DNA from: a bacterium
GTDB taxonomy: Bacteria > Myxococcota_A > UBA9160 > UBA4427
Direction of reading: 5' to 3'
Assembly: GCA_030432735.1 (NCBI GenBank)
Contig: JAUIMK010000003.1
Coordinates: 1 to 48,442 of the forward strand
Length of the DNA stretch: 48,442 nt
This document shows positions 9,874 through 18,522 of this stretch, piece by piece. The first letter of the stretch is position 1; every line of letters starts with the position of its first letter. Under the pieces are notes generated by a model. That model saw nothing but the letters and a program-made list of their open reading frames with translations, searched no databases and was not told where the DNA came from. The translations under genes and the position numbers were made by a program.

Positions 9874-10479
9874 CTAGTAGTCGAAATCGCTCTCGGACTT
9901 GGCCTTCAGCGGTCGCTGCCGGCGTTCGCCCTTGATCACGGACACGACACGGTCGCCCTTCTTGACGATCGTCCAGTGTCGGGTGGCCAGGCTGTCGGAC
10001 GGCTTCATGCGTCGGCTCTCGATGACGGTCGGCTCGTCCGAGTCGTCCGCTGCGTCCATCGGGACGCGGAGAGAGACGCCATTGCGTCCGGATCGCGTGG
10101 TTCCGCCGGTCACGGCGACGGTGTAATCCATCGACGTCCCTGCAGCGACCACGGCCCCCGCCACGGCACCTTCCGGCGCCGTCCGAAGCGCGTCCCGTCG
10201 CGCGAGGATGCGATCCTCGTACGACTCCTTGGACTTCTGCGAGTCGACCTCGGTGAAGCGCTCGTATCGCGAGAGCTTCCCCATCGATCGCCGCGTGGCT
10301 TCGTTGCGGTGCTTCGCCGGGATTCGCTTGGAATCGTCCGTGAACGCGTAGGTCCCGTCTTCGGTCACCCACGAGTACACATTGCCGGCAAAGGCGGGCC
10401 CGGCCAGACCGACGATCAGGACGGCCCCCGTAAGGAGTCGTCCGAATCGCATCCCAGTCTTGACCTTCAGCATGAGCAT
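9874..10479 (-). CDS. DUF4124-domain secreted protein
   Basis: GGAGG SD; signal peptide ending PAFA followed by VYSWVTEDGTYAFTDDSKRIP, the typical DUF4124 pattern. Confidence 0.8.
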   Translation of the reverse strand: MLMLKVKTGMRFGRLLTGAVLIVGLAGPAFAGNVYSWVTEDGTYAFTDDSKRIPAKHRNEATRRSMGKLSRYERFTEVDSQKSKESYEDRILARRDALRTAPEGAVAGAVVAAGTSMDYTVAVTGGTTRSGRNGVSLRVPMDAADDSDEPTVIESRRMKPSDSLATRHWTIVKKGDRVVSVIKGERRQRPLKAKSESDFDY

Positions 10480-10793
10480 GAGCAATGCCTCCATGTCGAA
10501 TCGTGGAGGCGGGCTCGCGGATGTGGCTGGCTTTCGGCGCGCGTGCGCGGGAGTTGCGCCCGCGCTGCCGATCCCCGGGGAGCGCAGGACGGGCGCGCGC
10601 GATTCGAGCCCACGCGGGGCGTGTTCTGCGCTGCGAATCGGAAGTGCCCGAGGCCCGTCCGAGCGGGTCGCCCGCGTTTCGGATCGCGCCGAGAGTCCCG
10701 ATCTCCGGGGCGAGACGCGGATCCGACGCACCGTGGCGGGCGCGTCTCGGCCCGAGCGCGAATGCCCTGAGGTGGCGCGGCGTTACGGGGGAA

Positions 10794-10821
10794 TTGACAA
10801 AACGGTGACGCCCCATACAAT
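10794..10821 (+). promoter_or_regulatory. Sigma70 promoter of tRNA-fMet
   Basis: TTGACA-N16-TACAAT, about 31 nt upstream of the tRNA. Confidence 0.85.
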
Positions 10822-10852
10822 CCGGCTCCCCTCTCGTAGGGCCTGGATTTGT

Positions 10853-10929
<77 letters not shown>

Positions 10930-10934
10930 CTTTT

Positions 10935-11016
10935 TCTGTTTCGGCAGCGAAGAATTCTGTTTCGGCAGCCAAGTGGTCTGTTGCGGCAACGAAGCTTCCT
11001 GCTCGGACAGACGAAG
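10935..11016 (+). repeat. Degenerate tandem repeat, 21-bp period, about 4 units
   Basis: TCTGTTTCGGCAGCGAAG (10935), TCTGTTTCGGCAGCCAAG (10956), TCTGTTGCGGCAACGAAG (10977), CCTGCTCGGACAGACGAAG (10998). Confidence 0.8.
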
Positions 11017-11020
11017 AACG

Positions 11021-11056
11021 AACGCCCGGAAGTCGCATCGGCTTCCGGGCGTTTTC
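11021..11056 (+). terminator. Intrinsic terminator after the tRNA
   Basis: AACGCCCGGAAGTCG-cat-CGGCTTCCGGGCGTT followed by T-rich sequence. Confidence 0.75.
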
Positions 11057-11107
11057 GCTTCGTTCCCTCCGGATCCGCCCGGGACCGGACGGAACGGCGG
11101 AGCCCTC

Positions 11108-11440
11108 ATGTCCGATCCCGAGAACGCCCGCTGCCCGGTCTGTACGATGGACGATCTCCTCGAGCGCGAGGCGGTCGTCGAGTGCGCGACCTGCGGGCAC
11201 GAGTGGGCGCGGGCGTTGGTCGTGCACGACGCGAACGGGCACCCCCTGGCCGACGGGGACGCGGTCACCCTCGTGAAGGACCTCAAGGTCAAGGGCAGCT
11301 CCAGCACGCTCAAGGCCGGCACCAAGATCAAGAAGATCCGGCTGGTCGATCCCGCCCGGAACGCCGATCACGACATCGATGCGAAGACGCCGGAGGGCAT
11401 GGGCGTCCTCATCCGCTCGAAGTGGGTCCGCAAGGCGTAG
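11108..11440 (+). CDS. PhnA/YjdM-family zinc-ribbon protein
   Basis: CPVC...CATCGHEW; DANGHPLADGDAVTLVKDLKVKGSS; GTKIKKIRL. Confidence 0.92.
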   Translation: MSDPENARCPVCTMDDLLEREAVVECATCGHEWARALVVHDANGHPLADGDAVTLVKDLKVKGSSSTLKAGTKIKKIRLVDPARNADHDIDAKTPEGMGVLIRSKWVRKA

Positions 11441-11466
11441 TGCCGTGGACCGTCGACGCGCCCGCC

Positions 11467-12252
11467 CTACGTGCGCGCCGCGTTCCTCCGCAGGCCCGCG
11501 AAGCCGACGGCCGCGAGCAGGACCACCAAACCGCCCCCCGCCCACGGCGTCATCGACGGCACCACGAGCGGCGCATCGTCGAGCTGGAGCTGGACGTTCC
11601 CGATCGCTGCAGCGGTCTGTGCCCCGCAGCAGTCGTCCCCGTCGGCGGTCGCCGACGCCACCGCGGACCAGACGTACGTCCCCGGCGTGATCACCCCCGA
11701 GACGTAGGTCCCCGCTGCGCCCGACGTGGGCGCGCTCCACACGAAGACCGGGGACGAGGCGCCCTCGCGACGGAGCTCGTAGACGAGCGACGCGGCCCCG
11801 CCCTCCGGCGTCGCGGACGCAGACGGGAAGCTCCCGGTGCTGTTGCCGTTGGCGAGCGCGTAGGTCGCGCGGGCATCGATCGAGAAGCGGATCGTGAAGT
11901 CGTGAGCCGCGGAGGCGAGTGCCGCCGCGCCCCCGGCCCCCGCGGTCGAACGCGTCGACATGCGGAGACGGCCTACGGACACGGCGTGCGCGGAGAACGA
12001 GAAGTTGTTCGAGCTCGTGTTGGTTCCGAAGCTCTGCGACACCGAGATGTTCGGCGCGAGATCGAACGACTGCGCCGAGTCGGACCAGCTGTCCTGGTCG
12101 TCCGAGAGCGAGCCGGCGACGTTCGTCTCGCTCGACAGGAGCGTCGTCACGACGGCCTGGGCGGGGGATGCGAGGACGCATAGGGACGCCGCCAGGGAGA
12201 CGAGCGACGCGGCGAGCGACCGGGTCCAGGAGATTCGGGGAGCAAGCAGCAT
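11467..12252 (-). CDS. Secreted Ser/Ala/Thr-rich protein with IPTL-CTERM-like sorting tail
   Basis: GGAGG SD; signal peptide ending AQA; C-terminal VPSMTPW + hydrophobic helix + RR basic tail. Confidence 0.75.
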   Translation of the reverse strand: MLLAPRISWTRSLAASLVSLAASLCVLASPAQAVVTTLLSSETNVAGSLSDDQDSWSDSAQSFDLAPNISVSQSFGTNTSSNNFSFSAHAVSVGRLRMSTRSTAGAGGAAALASAAHDFTIRFSIDARATYALANGNSTGSFPSASATPEGGAASLVYELRREGASSPVFVWSAPTSGAAGTYVSGVITPGTYVWSAVASATADGDDCCGAQTAAAIGNVQLQLDDAPLVVPSMTPWAGGGLVVLLAAVGFAGLRRNAART

Positions 12253-12305
12253 GGGGAGCCTCCGGGGTGACATTCGAAAGCGTAGCAGCGGACGCCCCGC
12301 CCGAT

Positions 12306-13136
12306 TCACCCCTCGAGCAGCCGCCCCGCATCGTCGTAGTCGATCAGTCCGAGCCGCGCGCCGAAGGCCGGATCGTAGGAGCGGAAGCCGAGCAGGTACT
12401 GGACGTCCGCCGGAAGCGTCTTCGCGACGTCGAGGGGCACCGTCAGCTGGTGGTTCTCCTCCGCGCGCAGCCAGCCGCGGCAGAAGCCCGCGTGGAGTCC
12501 GACGCGCCACTCGTCCTCCGTGGTGTTCGCGCCGCCTCCGTGGACCACCTTGCCGGAATAGAGCAGCGCCGATCCCGCCGGCATCGTCGCGCGACAGGTG
12601 GTGCCCGGCGGCACCTCCGGCAACGCCCCTTCCCAGTGGTTCGAGCCGGGCGCGATCACCGTCGCGCCGTTCTCCTCGGTGAAGTCGGTCAAGGCGAAGA
12701 TCGCGGTCACGGTGATCTCGTCGTCGCGCATCGCGTGGGGCCAGTTGAGCTCGTCGCGGTGGAGCATCTGGGCCGTCTCGCCGGGACCGATGCAGATCAG
12801 CTGGCCCGTGTTCAGCCAGTACTCGTTCCGGCCCAGATAGCGATCGCCCATGCTGCGATAGGCCTCGTCCTGGAGGAGCTCGACCCAGGCGGGCGACACC
12901 GCCGGCAGTCCCGTGATGCGCTTGGTCTGCTCGCCGTGGAACTCGGTCCAGAGGCCGGGGGTCGTGCTCCCCGGCGTCTTCTTCGCGACGAGCGGCGCGA
13001 CGTCGCTCTGCAGCCGCGCGAGGAGCGCCTCGTCGAGGAATCCCTCGACGATCACGCCTCCGTCCCGGTCGAAGGCAGCAAAGACCCGGTCCCAATCGAG
13101 ATCGTCGCTGCGCTGGAAGTGCTGGAGCTCGGGCAT
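12306..13136 (-). CDS. Phytanoyl-CoA dioxygenase (PhyH) family Fe(II)/2OG dioxygenase
   Basis: QMLHRD (HxD), NGATVIAPGSNHW, VVHGGGAN, WLRAEEN. Confidence 0.92.
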   Translation of the reverse strand: MPELQHFQRSDDLDWDRVFAAFDRDGGVIVEGFLDEALLARLQSDVAPLVAKKTPGSTTPGLWTEFHGEQTKRITGLPAVSPAWVELLQDEAYRSMGDRYLGRNEYWLNTGQLICIGPGETAQMLHRDELNWPHAMRDDEITVTAIFALTDFTEENGATVIAPGSNHWEGALPEVPPGTTCRATMPAGSALLYSGKVVHGGGANTTEDEWRVGLHAGFCRGWLRAEENHQLTVPLDVAKTLPADVQYLLGFRSYDPAFGARLGLIDYDDAGRLLEG

Positions 13137-13285
13137 CGTCGATCCTCGTGCTGGTCTGCGTCTGCGACTGCATCTACGTTTGCGCGGAGCGCGCCGCAGA
13201 GCGGCCTCTCCAGGTTTATCAGGCGCACGCGGCGAGAGCCACGCAATCGTGTGTCCCGGACGGGAACGCCCGGTACCCTCCCGCC

Positions 13286-14425
13286 ATGCCGACGATCCAG
13301 GAGACGATTCCCGATCATCTCGCCGACGCGGCGGAGGCGGCTCGGGCGTGGTTCTCCGCGGATCAGGGCAGCGAGTTCAAGGTGACCGGAATCGTCGATC
13401 CGGGCGACTCGACGGAGGTCCCGCTCCAGCTGATCCTCTGCGGGACCCAGGCGGGCCAGGACGTCTGCCTGCGGGAGCGATTCGACGTGCGCCGCGCCGC
13501 CGAAGGCTTCGACGTCGCGCACCTCGAAGACCCGCCGCCCGCCTTCGGCTCGGTGGCATCGCTCCTCGATCCTCCGGAGGGGGAACGCCGGGGCTGGCTC
13601 GAGGCGACGATCGCGAAGCACGCCTTCACCGTCGTGCTCTTCTATCGCGGCTTCTGGTGACCGCCCTGTCGCCGCGAGTTGCGCGGCTACACCCAGGAAG
13701 GCGTCACCGAAGCCATCCGCGCGGCGGGCGGTGAGATCTACGCGGTCACGAGCGAGCCGCATTCCCTCGCGAGAGACGCCGAGGCCGACTGGGAAACGGG
13801 ACTCACCCACGTCGGTGATCCGCACCAGGAGATCGAGGCGACCTGTCGCGAACGCGGTTGGCTCGCGCTCTTCACGCATCACTGGGACGGCGATCGGCTC
13901 GGCGCCCACGCCGACTGGCTCTCCCACCCGAAGGGCTACTACCAGCCCGGAGTGTTGGTACTCGGCCGCGAAGGGCGCGTGCTCTATCGCTGGCGATCGC
14001 GTCCGAGCCGCTCGAATACCGGCGGCGCGACGGGCCGGCCGACGGCGGCGCACGTCTGGAGCGCCGTCCAGGCGGAGCTCGCGAAGCCCGCCGACGCCCC
14101 CGATGCGCCCCCCGACGACGACCCGACCCTCGATTCGCCGCCCACGCCGTGGCCGCTCTTCGTGCTGCTCCTCCTCGCGAACGGGTGGTTCCTGAAGCCG
14201 CAGACCTTCGATCACTTCGGCGGCGAATTCACTTCCTTCGAACGCATCCGACGCGCGCAGAAGCGTATGGCGGTCTTCGTCGTCGCGTGGATCGCCGCGG
14301 CCTGGCTCCTGCCTGGCTGGCTCGTCGCCCTCGCCTTCGCCGCCTGGGCGATCAAGGTCGGGCCCGGCGTGCGAGACATCCACAGAGGCTTCCAGAACGT
14401 CGGACCGGACGAAGAACCGGACTGA
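13286..14425 (+). CDS. Probable selenoprotein: peroxiredoxin/AhpC-TSA-like redoxin with UxxC, an N-terminal domain and a C-terminal hydrophobic region (TGA 13658-13660 read as Sec)
   Basis: ORFs 13148-13660 and 13679-14425 share a frame and join across one TGA as VVLFYRGFW-U-PPCRREL, matching the redoxin FYRGxWCPxC motif. It continues IYAVTSE...HVGDP...QPGVLVLGREGRVLYRW. A SECIS-like hairpin follows the TGA. Confidence 0.82.
13671..13687 (+). promoter_or_regulatory. Putative bacterial SECIS element
   Basis: GCCGCG-AGTTG-CGCGGC 6-bp stem. The apical loop starts after a 16-nt spacer from the TGA and has G at loop position 2, fitting the bacterial SECIS model. Confidence 0.65.
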
Positions 14426-14497
14426 CGCCCGGTCGCTGGTCGGTCGCGCGGGACTGGTCGAATCTCCCCCGCAATCCCGCACAGAGGAACCGACGAC

Positions 14498-15337
14498 ATG
14501 GCGCTCTCCATCCAGCCGACAGGCCACGTCTGTGGCGCGCGCGTCACGGGGCTCGACCTGACCACGTCGCTCGACGACACGACCGTCGCGGCGCTCCGGG
14601 ACGCGTGGCTCGAGCATCACGTGCTCGTCTTCCCCGGCCAGCCGATCGACGACGACGATCTCGAGCGCTTCGCGCGCTATTTCGGCCCTTTCGGACACGA
14701 TCCCTTCTTCGGCCCGATCCCGGGTCGCGAGCACATCGCAGCGATCCGCCGCGACGCCGACGAGACCTCGCCGCTCTTCGCCGAGAACTTCCACTCGGAC
14801 TGGAGCTTCCAGGAGCGGCCGCCCCAGGGCACGGTCCTGCGCAGCGTCGTCACGCCCCCGAGCGGGGGAGACACGCTCTTCGCGGACCAGCACGCCGCCT
14901 ACGCGGCGATGCCGAGCGTGCTCCGCGAACGAATCGACGGGCTGCGCGCGATCCATTCCGCGAAGCTGCCCTATTCGAAGGAGGGCACCTATGGTGAGGC
15001 GGACCGGAGCGCCCGCAGCATGGACATCCGGCCATCGGACGAAGCCCTCGCGGAGTTCGTTCATCCGCTCGTCCTCGAGCACCCCGAGACCGGTCGTCGC
15101 GGCGTCTTCAGCACGCTCGGGTACATCATCGGGATCGAAGGGATGGCGCCGGAGGAAGCGATCCCGCTCCTCAAGGAAGTCTACGACTGGCAGACCCGGG
15201 AGGAAGTGATCTACCGCCACGTCTGGGAGCCGGACATGCTGGTCCTCTGGGACAACCGCAGCGTCCTCCACGCGGCGACCGGCGGCTACGAAGGCCACGA
15301 CCGTCTGCTCCATCGCACGACGATCGGGGCCGCCTAG
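14498..15337 (+). CDS. TauD/TfdA family Fe(II)/2OG dioxygenase
   Basis: FHSDWSF (HxD), GGDTLFAD, HPLVLEHPETGR, WDNRSVLHAA, RLLHRTT. Confidence 0.93.
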   Translation: MALSIQPTGHVCGARVTGLDLTTSLDDTTVAALRDAWLEHHVLVFPGQPIDDDDLERFARYFGPFGHDPFFGPIPGREHIAAIRRDADETSPLFAENFHSDWSFQERPPQGTVLRSVVTPPSGGDTLFADQHAAYAAMPSVLRERIDGLRAIHSAKLPYSKEGTYGEADRSARSMDIRPSDEALAEFVHPLVLEHPETGRRGVFSTLGYIIGIEGMAPEEAIPLLKEVYDWQTREEVIYRHVWEPDMLVLWDNRSVLHAATGGYEGHDRLLHRTTIGAA

Positions 15338-15361
15338 CCGCCCGCGCGCCCTCGCTCGCGA

Positions 15362-16561
15362 TCAGGCGAAGAAGGCGTCGATCGTCTCGCCCATGTAGGC
15401 GATCCCCTCGTCGTCGATCCCGTGGTTCGACGGCAGGATGAGCCCCTGCTCCATGACCCGGTCACAGTGGCCGAGTCCGCCCGGCGCGATCCGATGCGGC
15501 TTGTCGCGGAACGCCGGCTGTCGCGCCACGTTTCCGCTCCACACCATCCGGGTGTCGATCCCGCGCGACTCCATGTGCTTCTGGAACTCGCCCCGGCGCA
15601 CGCCGGACTCCGGACGGATCAGGAAGGGATACATGTGCCAGGCGGTCTCGATTCCCGGCGTGATCCGCGGGAGCACGAAGACGTCCGGGCGTTTCGCGAG
15701 GATCTCCGTCAGGAGCGCGAAGTTGCGCTGACGTCGCGCGAGATTCTCCGGCAGCTTCCGCATCTGGACGCAGCCGAAGGCCGCCGAGAGCTCGCTCGGC
15801 TCGAAGTTCCATCCCACCTCGTCGAAGATGAAGAGGTCGTCGTACTCGAGGCCGTCGAGGTCGCTGAAGAAGGTCCGGGTCCCCTTCTGCGAGCCGAAGA
15901 ACTTGGGCTCGGAGCGCCGGCCCCAACGACGGAGCGTGAGCGCGCGGTCGACGAGCGCTTCGTCGTCCAGGCAGACCATGCCGCCGGTTCCCGCCGCCGT
16001 GATGATGTGGGAGAGCGCGAAGCTGGTGACCGTGATGTCCGAGCGGGTCCCCGTCGGCGTCCCGTCGAGGGTCGCGCCCAGGCAATCGCAGCTGTCCTCG
16101 ATCACCTGGAGTCCGTGCCGGTCCGCAATCGCGCGGATGTCGTCCCAATTCGGGCAGTTCCCGATCAGGTTCGGCGCGAGGATCGCCTTCGTCTTCGGAC
16201 CGATCGCGCTCTCGATCTGGTCTACGTCGATCTGGTAGGTGTCCTCGGTCACGTCGACCAGGACCGGCACGAGGTTCGTGCGCAGGATCGACGCGATGTC
16301 CGTCGAGAACGTGAGCGCGGCGGTCAGGACTTCGTCGCCGGGTTCGAGGCCGAGCAGCTCGACGGCCAGGTAGAGCGCGCTCGATCCCGAGTTCACCATC
16401 ACGCCCCGGCGCTTGCCGAAGGCCTCGGCGACCAGACGCTCCATCTCGCGCGTGTGCTTGCCGAGCCGAAGCGCCGTCGCGCCCCCGCGCAGGACGGAGA
16501 CGACCGCCTCGATCTCCTCTTCGTCGTGAACGCTCCCCGCATACTCGATCCGCTTCGTCAC
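15362..16561 (-). CDS. DegT/DnrJ/EryC1/StrS family PLP enzyme, His-type (E1/ColD-like sugar-nucleotide 3-dehydratase subgroup)
   Basis: VNSGSSAL, IEDSCDCLG, SFALSHIIT (His at the usual Schiff-base Lys position), GIDTR; GTG start overlaps the SDR stop. Confidence 0.88.
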   Translation of the reverse strand: MTKRIEYAGSVHDEEEIEAVVSVLRGGATALRLGKHTREMERLVAEAFGKRRGVMVNSGSSALYLAVELLGLEPGDEVLTAALTFSTDIASILRTNLVPVLVDVTEDTYQIDVDQIESAIGPKTKAILAPNLIGNCPNWDDIRAIADRHGLQVIEDSCDCLGATLDGTPTGTRSDITVTSFALSHIITAAGTGGMVCLDDEALVDRALTLRRWGRRSEPKFFGSQKGTRTFFSDLDGLEYDDLFIFDEVGWNFEPSELSAAFGCVQMRKLPENLARRQRNFALLTEILAKRPDVFVLPRITPGIETAWHMYPFLIRPESGVRRGEFQKHMESRGIDTRMVWSGNVARQPAFRDKPHRIAPGGLGHCDRVMEQGLILPSNHGIDDEGIAYMGETIDAFFA

Positions 16562-17367
16562 GCGCCCTTCTCCCGGTTGAGTTCGACGGCGTCGAAGCCC
16601 GACGCCGCCACGTTTTCTTCGACGGCCTCGGGGTAGGCCGGCGTGATGGCGATCCGCCGGATCGTCTCGCGGGCCGCGAGCGCGTTCACCACCTGCTCGC
16701 CGATCGAGGACGGATCCATCATCCGCCCGTAGAGGTAGCCCTGTCCCTGCCACTGCTGGACGATGGGAATCACGCGCTCCACGTCGACGCCGTGTCCGAA
16801 CTCGGAGAGGGTGTCGCCGCAGGCGATCGCGGTGAAGCCGACGGCGCGATGCTCCCCCTGCCAGGCCTCGATGAGGCGCTCGAGGGCGACCTTGCTCACG
16901 CCGTAGGTCGCCTGGTACGGCCGCGGCGGTGAGTCGTCGATCGTGATCGACGAGATGATCACGGCGCGACCTCGCGTGGCGGTCAGGTGTGCGATGGCCG
17001 CGTTCAACACGAGGGAGACGCCGAAGACGTTGGTCGCGAAGACGTCGTGCCATTCCTGCGCACCGATCTCCTCGATCGGTCCGAAGGTCGAGATCCCCGG
17101 CGCGTAGACGACCGCGTCGAGCCCCCCGAGCCCGTCGACCGCCGTCTCGACGGCGGACCGGCAGGAGGCCTCGTCCCGGACGTCGCACGGGACCGCGAAG
17201 GCGCCCTCGCCCGCCGCTTCGACGGTCTCGGCCAGACGATCCGTCCGCCGGGCCGCGACGCAGACGCGTCCCCCCTCGCGCGCCACTTCGAGCGCGGAAG
17301 CCTTGCCGAGCCCGGAGCTCGCTCCGAGGACGAGCACCCGTCTACCATCCAGTCGCATCGAAACCAC
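16558..17367 (-). CDS. SDR family oxidoreductase
   Basis: GASSGLG, CDV, YGVSK (YxxxK). Confidence 0.9.
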   Translation of the reverse strand: MVSMRLDGRRVLVLGASSGLGKASALEVAREGGRVCVAARRTDRLAETVEAAGEGAFAVPCDVRDEASCRSAVETAVDGLGGLDAVVYAPGISTFGPIEEIGAQEWHDVFATNVFGVSLVLNAAIAHLTATRGRAVIISSITIDDSPPRPYQATYGVSKVALERLIEAWQGEHRAVGFTAIACGDTLSEFGHGVDVERVIPIVQQWQGQGYLYGRMMDPSSIGEQVVNALAARETIRRIAITPAYPEAVEENVAASGFDAVELNREKGA

Positions 17368-17448
17368 GGCCTCCCCGCCGCTCTGCGCGGCGAGGCGACA
17401 CGATATCGGAATGTTCCGGCCCGGCTAGACGCACCCCGTGCGCATGAC

Positions 17449-18402
17449 CTACGGGCGCGTGCCGATCATCATCACGACCCGACCGTCCTGCACGATCTCG
17501 TCGCGCTGGTTCACGATCTGCAGCGCGAACTCGACGATTCCCATGCCGGGACGACTCGCAGACGGCTTCCAAGCGACCGGCCGGTGGCGCGTCCGCAGCG
17601 TGTCGCCGACGAAGACCGGTGCCAGGAAGCGCCATCGGTCACCGAGGTGTCCCGCGAAACCCGTCGACGGCATCGACACCGACAGCAGATCGCGAAGGTA
17701 GTCGCCGAACCCGCGACAGAAGGTCCACATCGGCGGCGCGATCCGGGCGCCGAAGCGGCCCGCTCGCGCGAAGGGCGCGTGCAGGTAGACCGGGTCGAGC
17801 TCGCCGGTGAAGCCGGTCCAGGCCACGAGATCCGCTTCGGTCACCGTTCGTCCGAGGCTCTCGCCGCGCGGTCCCCGCTCGACCATGTCGTCGGCGTAGA
17901 GCGGCGACGGCGCGTCGGCGCGCGACCAGGGTCCGATCTCGAGGGGCTCCGGCGGCCCCGGAAGCGCGCCCCCACCGCGCACCACGCTGACGCTGCCCGT
18001 CGTCGAGACCTCGCCGCGCTGGTTCACGATCTCGAACGCGGTGTCGAGGCGGCCGTCGGCCGCGAGTCCCTCCGTCGCCGGTGTCTCCCCGTCTCGCCAG
18101 CGCAGCGAGAAGAGATCTCCGACGTACGTCATACGCGAGAAGCGGACGCTCATGCCCGCCACGTACGCGTCGCCCTCCCCGATCGCGAGCCGTTCCGGTG
18201 CATGCTGGGCCAGCGCACCGAGACTCCACGCCCCCGAGAGCAGGCCGTGCGCGATCGTGCCGCCCATGCCCTGCGCCGGGCCGAAGTCGAGATCGAAGTG
18301 CATCCGCGCGTAGTCGCCGGTCAGCGCGCCGAACTGCAGGATCGACGCCTCGCTCACGGTCCGATGGCCACAGGGCTCACTCGCCGGGTTCGTCTGGGTC
18401 AT
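17449..18402 (-). CDS. Double MaoC/hot-dog (R)-specific dehydratase
   Basis: Two MaoC motifs: LTGDYARMH...IAHG and FTGELDPVY...RFLAPVFVGDTL. Confidence 0.85.
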   Translation of the reverse strand: MTQTNPASEPCGHRTVSEASILQFGALTGDYARMHFDLDFGPAQGMGGTIAHGLLSGAWSLGALAQHAPERLAIGEGDAYVAGMSVRFSRMTYVGDLFSLRWRDGETPATEGLAADGRLDTAFEIVNQRGEVSTTGSVSVVRGGGALPGPPEPLEIGPWSRADAPSPLYADDMVERGPRGESLGRTVTEADLVAWTGFTGELDPVYLHAPFARAGRFGARIAPPMWTFCRGFGDYLRDLLSVSMPSTGFAGHLGDRWRFLAPVFVGDTLRTRHRPVAWKPSASRPGMGIVEFALQIVNQRDEIVQDGRVVMMIGTRP

Positions 18403-18522
18403 CTCGGAAACGTATCGCCCCCGGTGTCGCAAATCGCCTCACCGGGCGCGGCGAGGCCCCGGCCCACCTCGCGCTCTTCGACTACGCTCCGCCTCCGCCC
18501 GCACCGCAAGGAGGAAGCACCG

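Noticed and set aside
10480-10790. ncRNA in the roughly 310-bp region upstream of the tRNA promoter
   Set aside because: Only generic GC-rich hairpins; no family features recognised
10935-11016. CRISPR array
   Set aside because: 21-bp period with only about 3-nt spacers, degenerate units, no cas genes
13148-14425. Two separate genes or a nonsense pseudogene
   Set aside because: The single TGA falls exactly on the catalytic Cys position and is followed by a SECIS-like hairpin, so Sec readthrough fits better (still needs confirmation)
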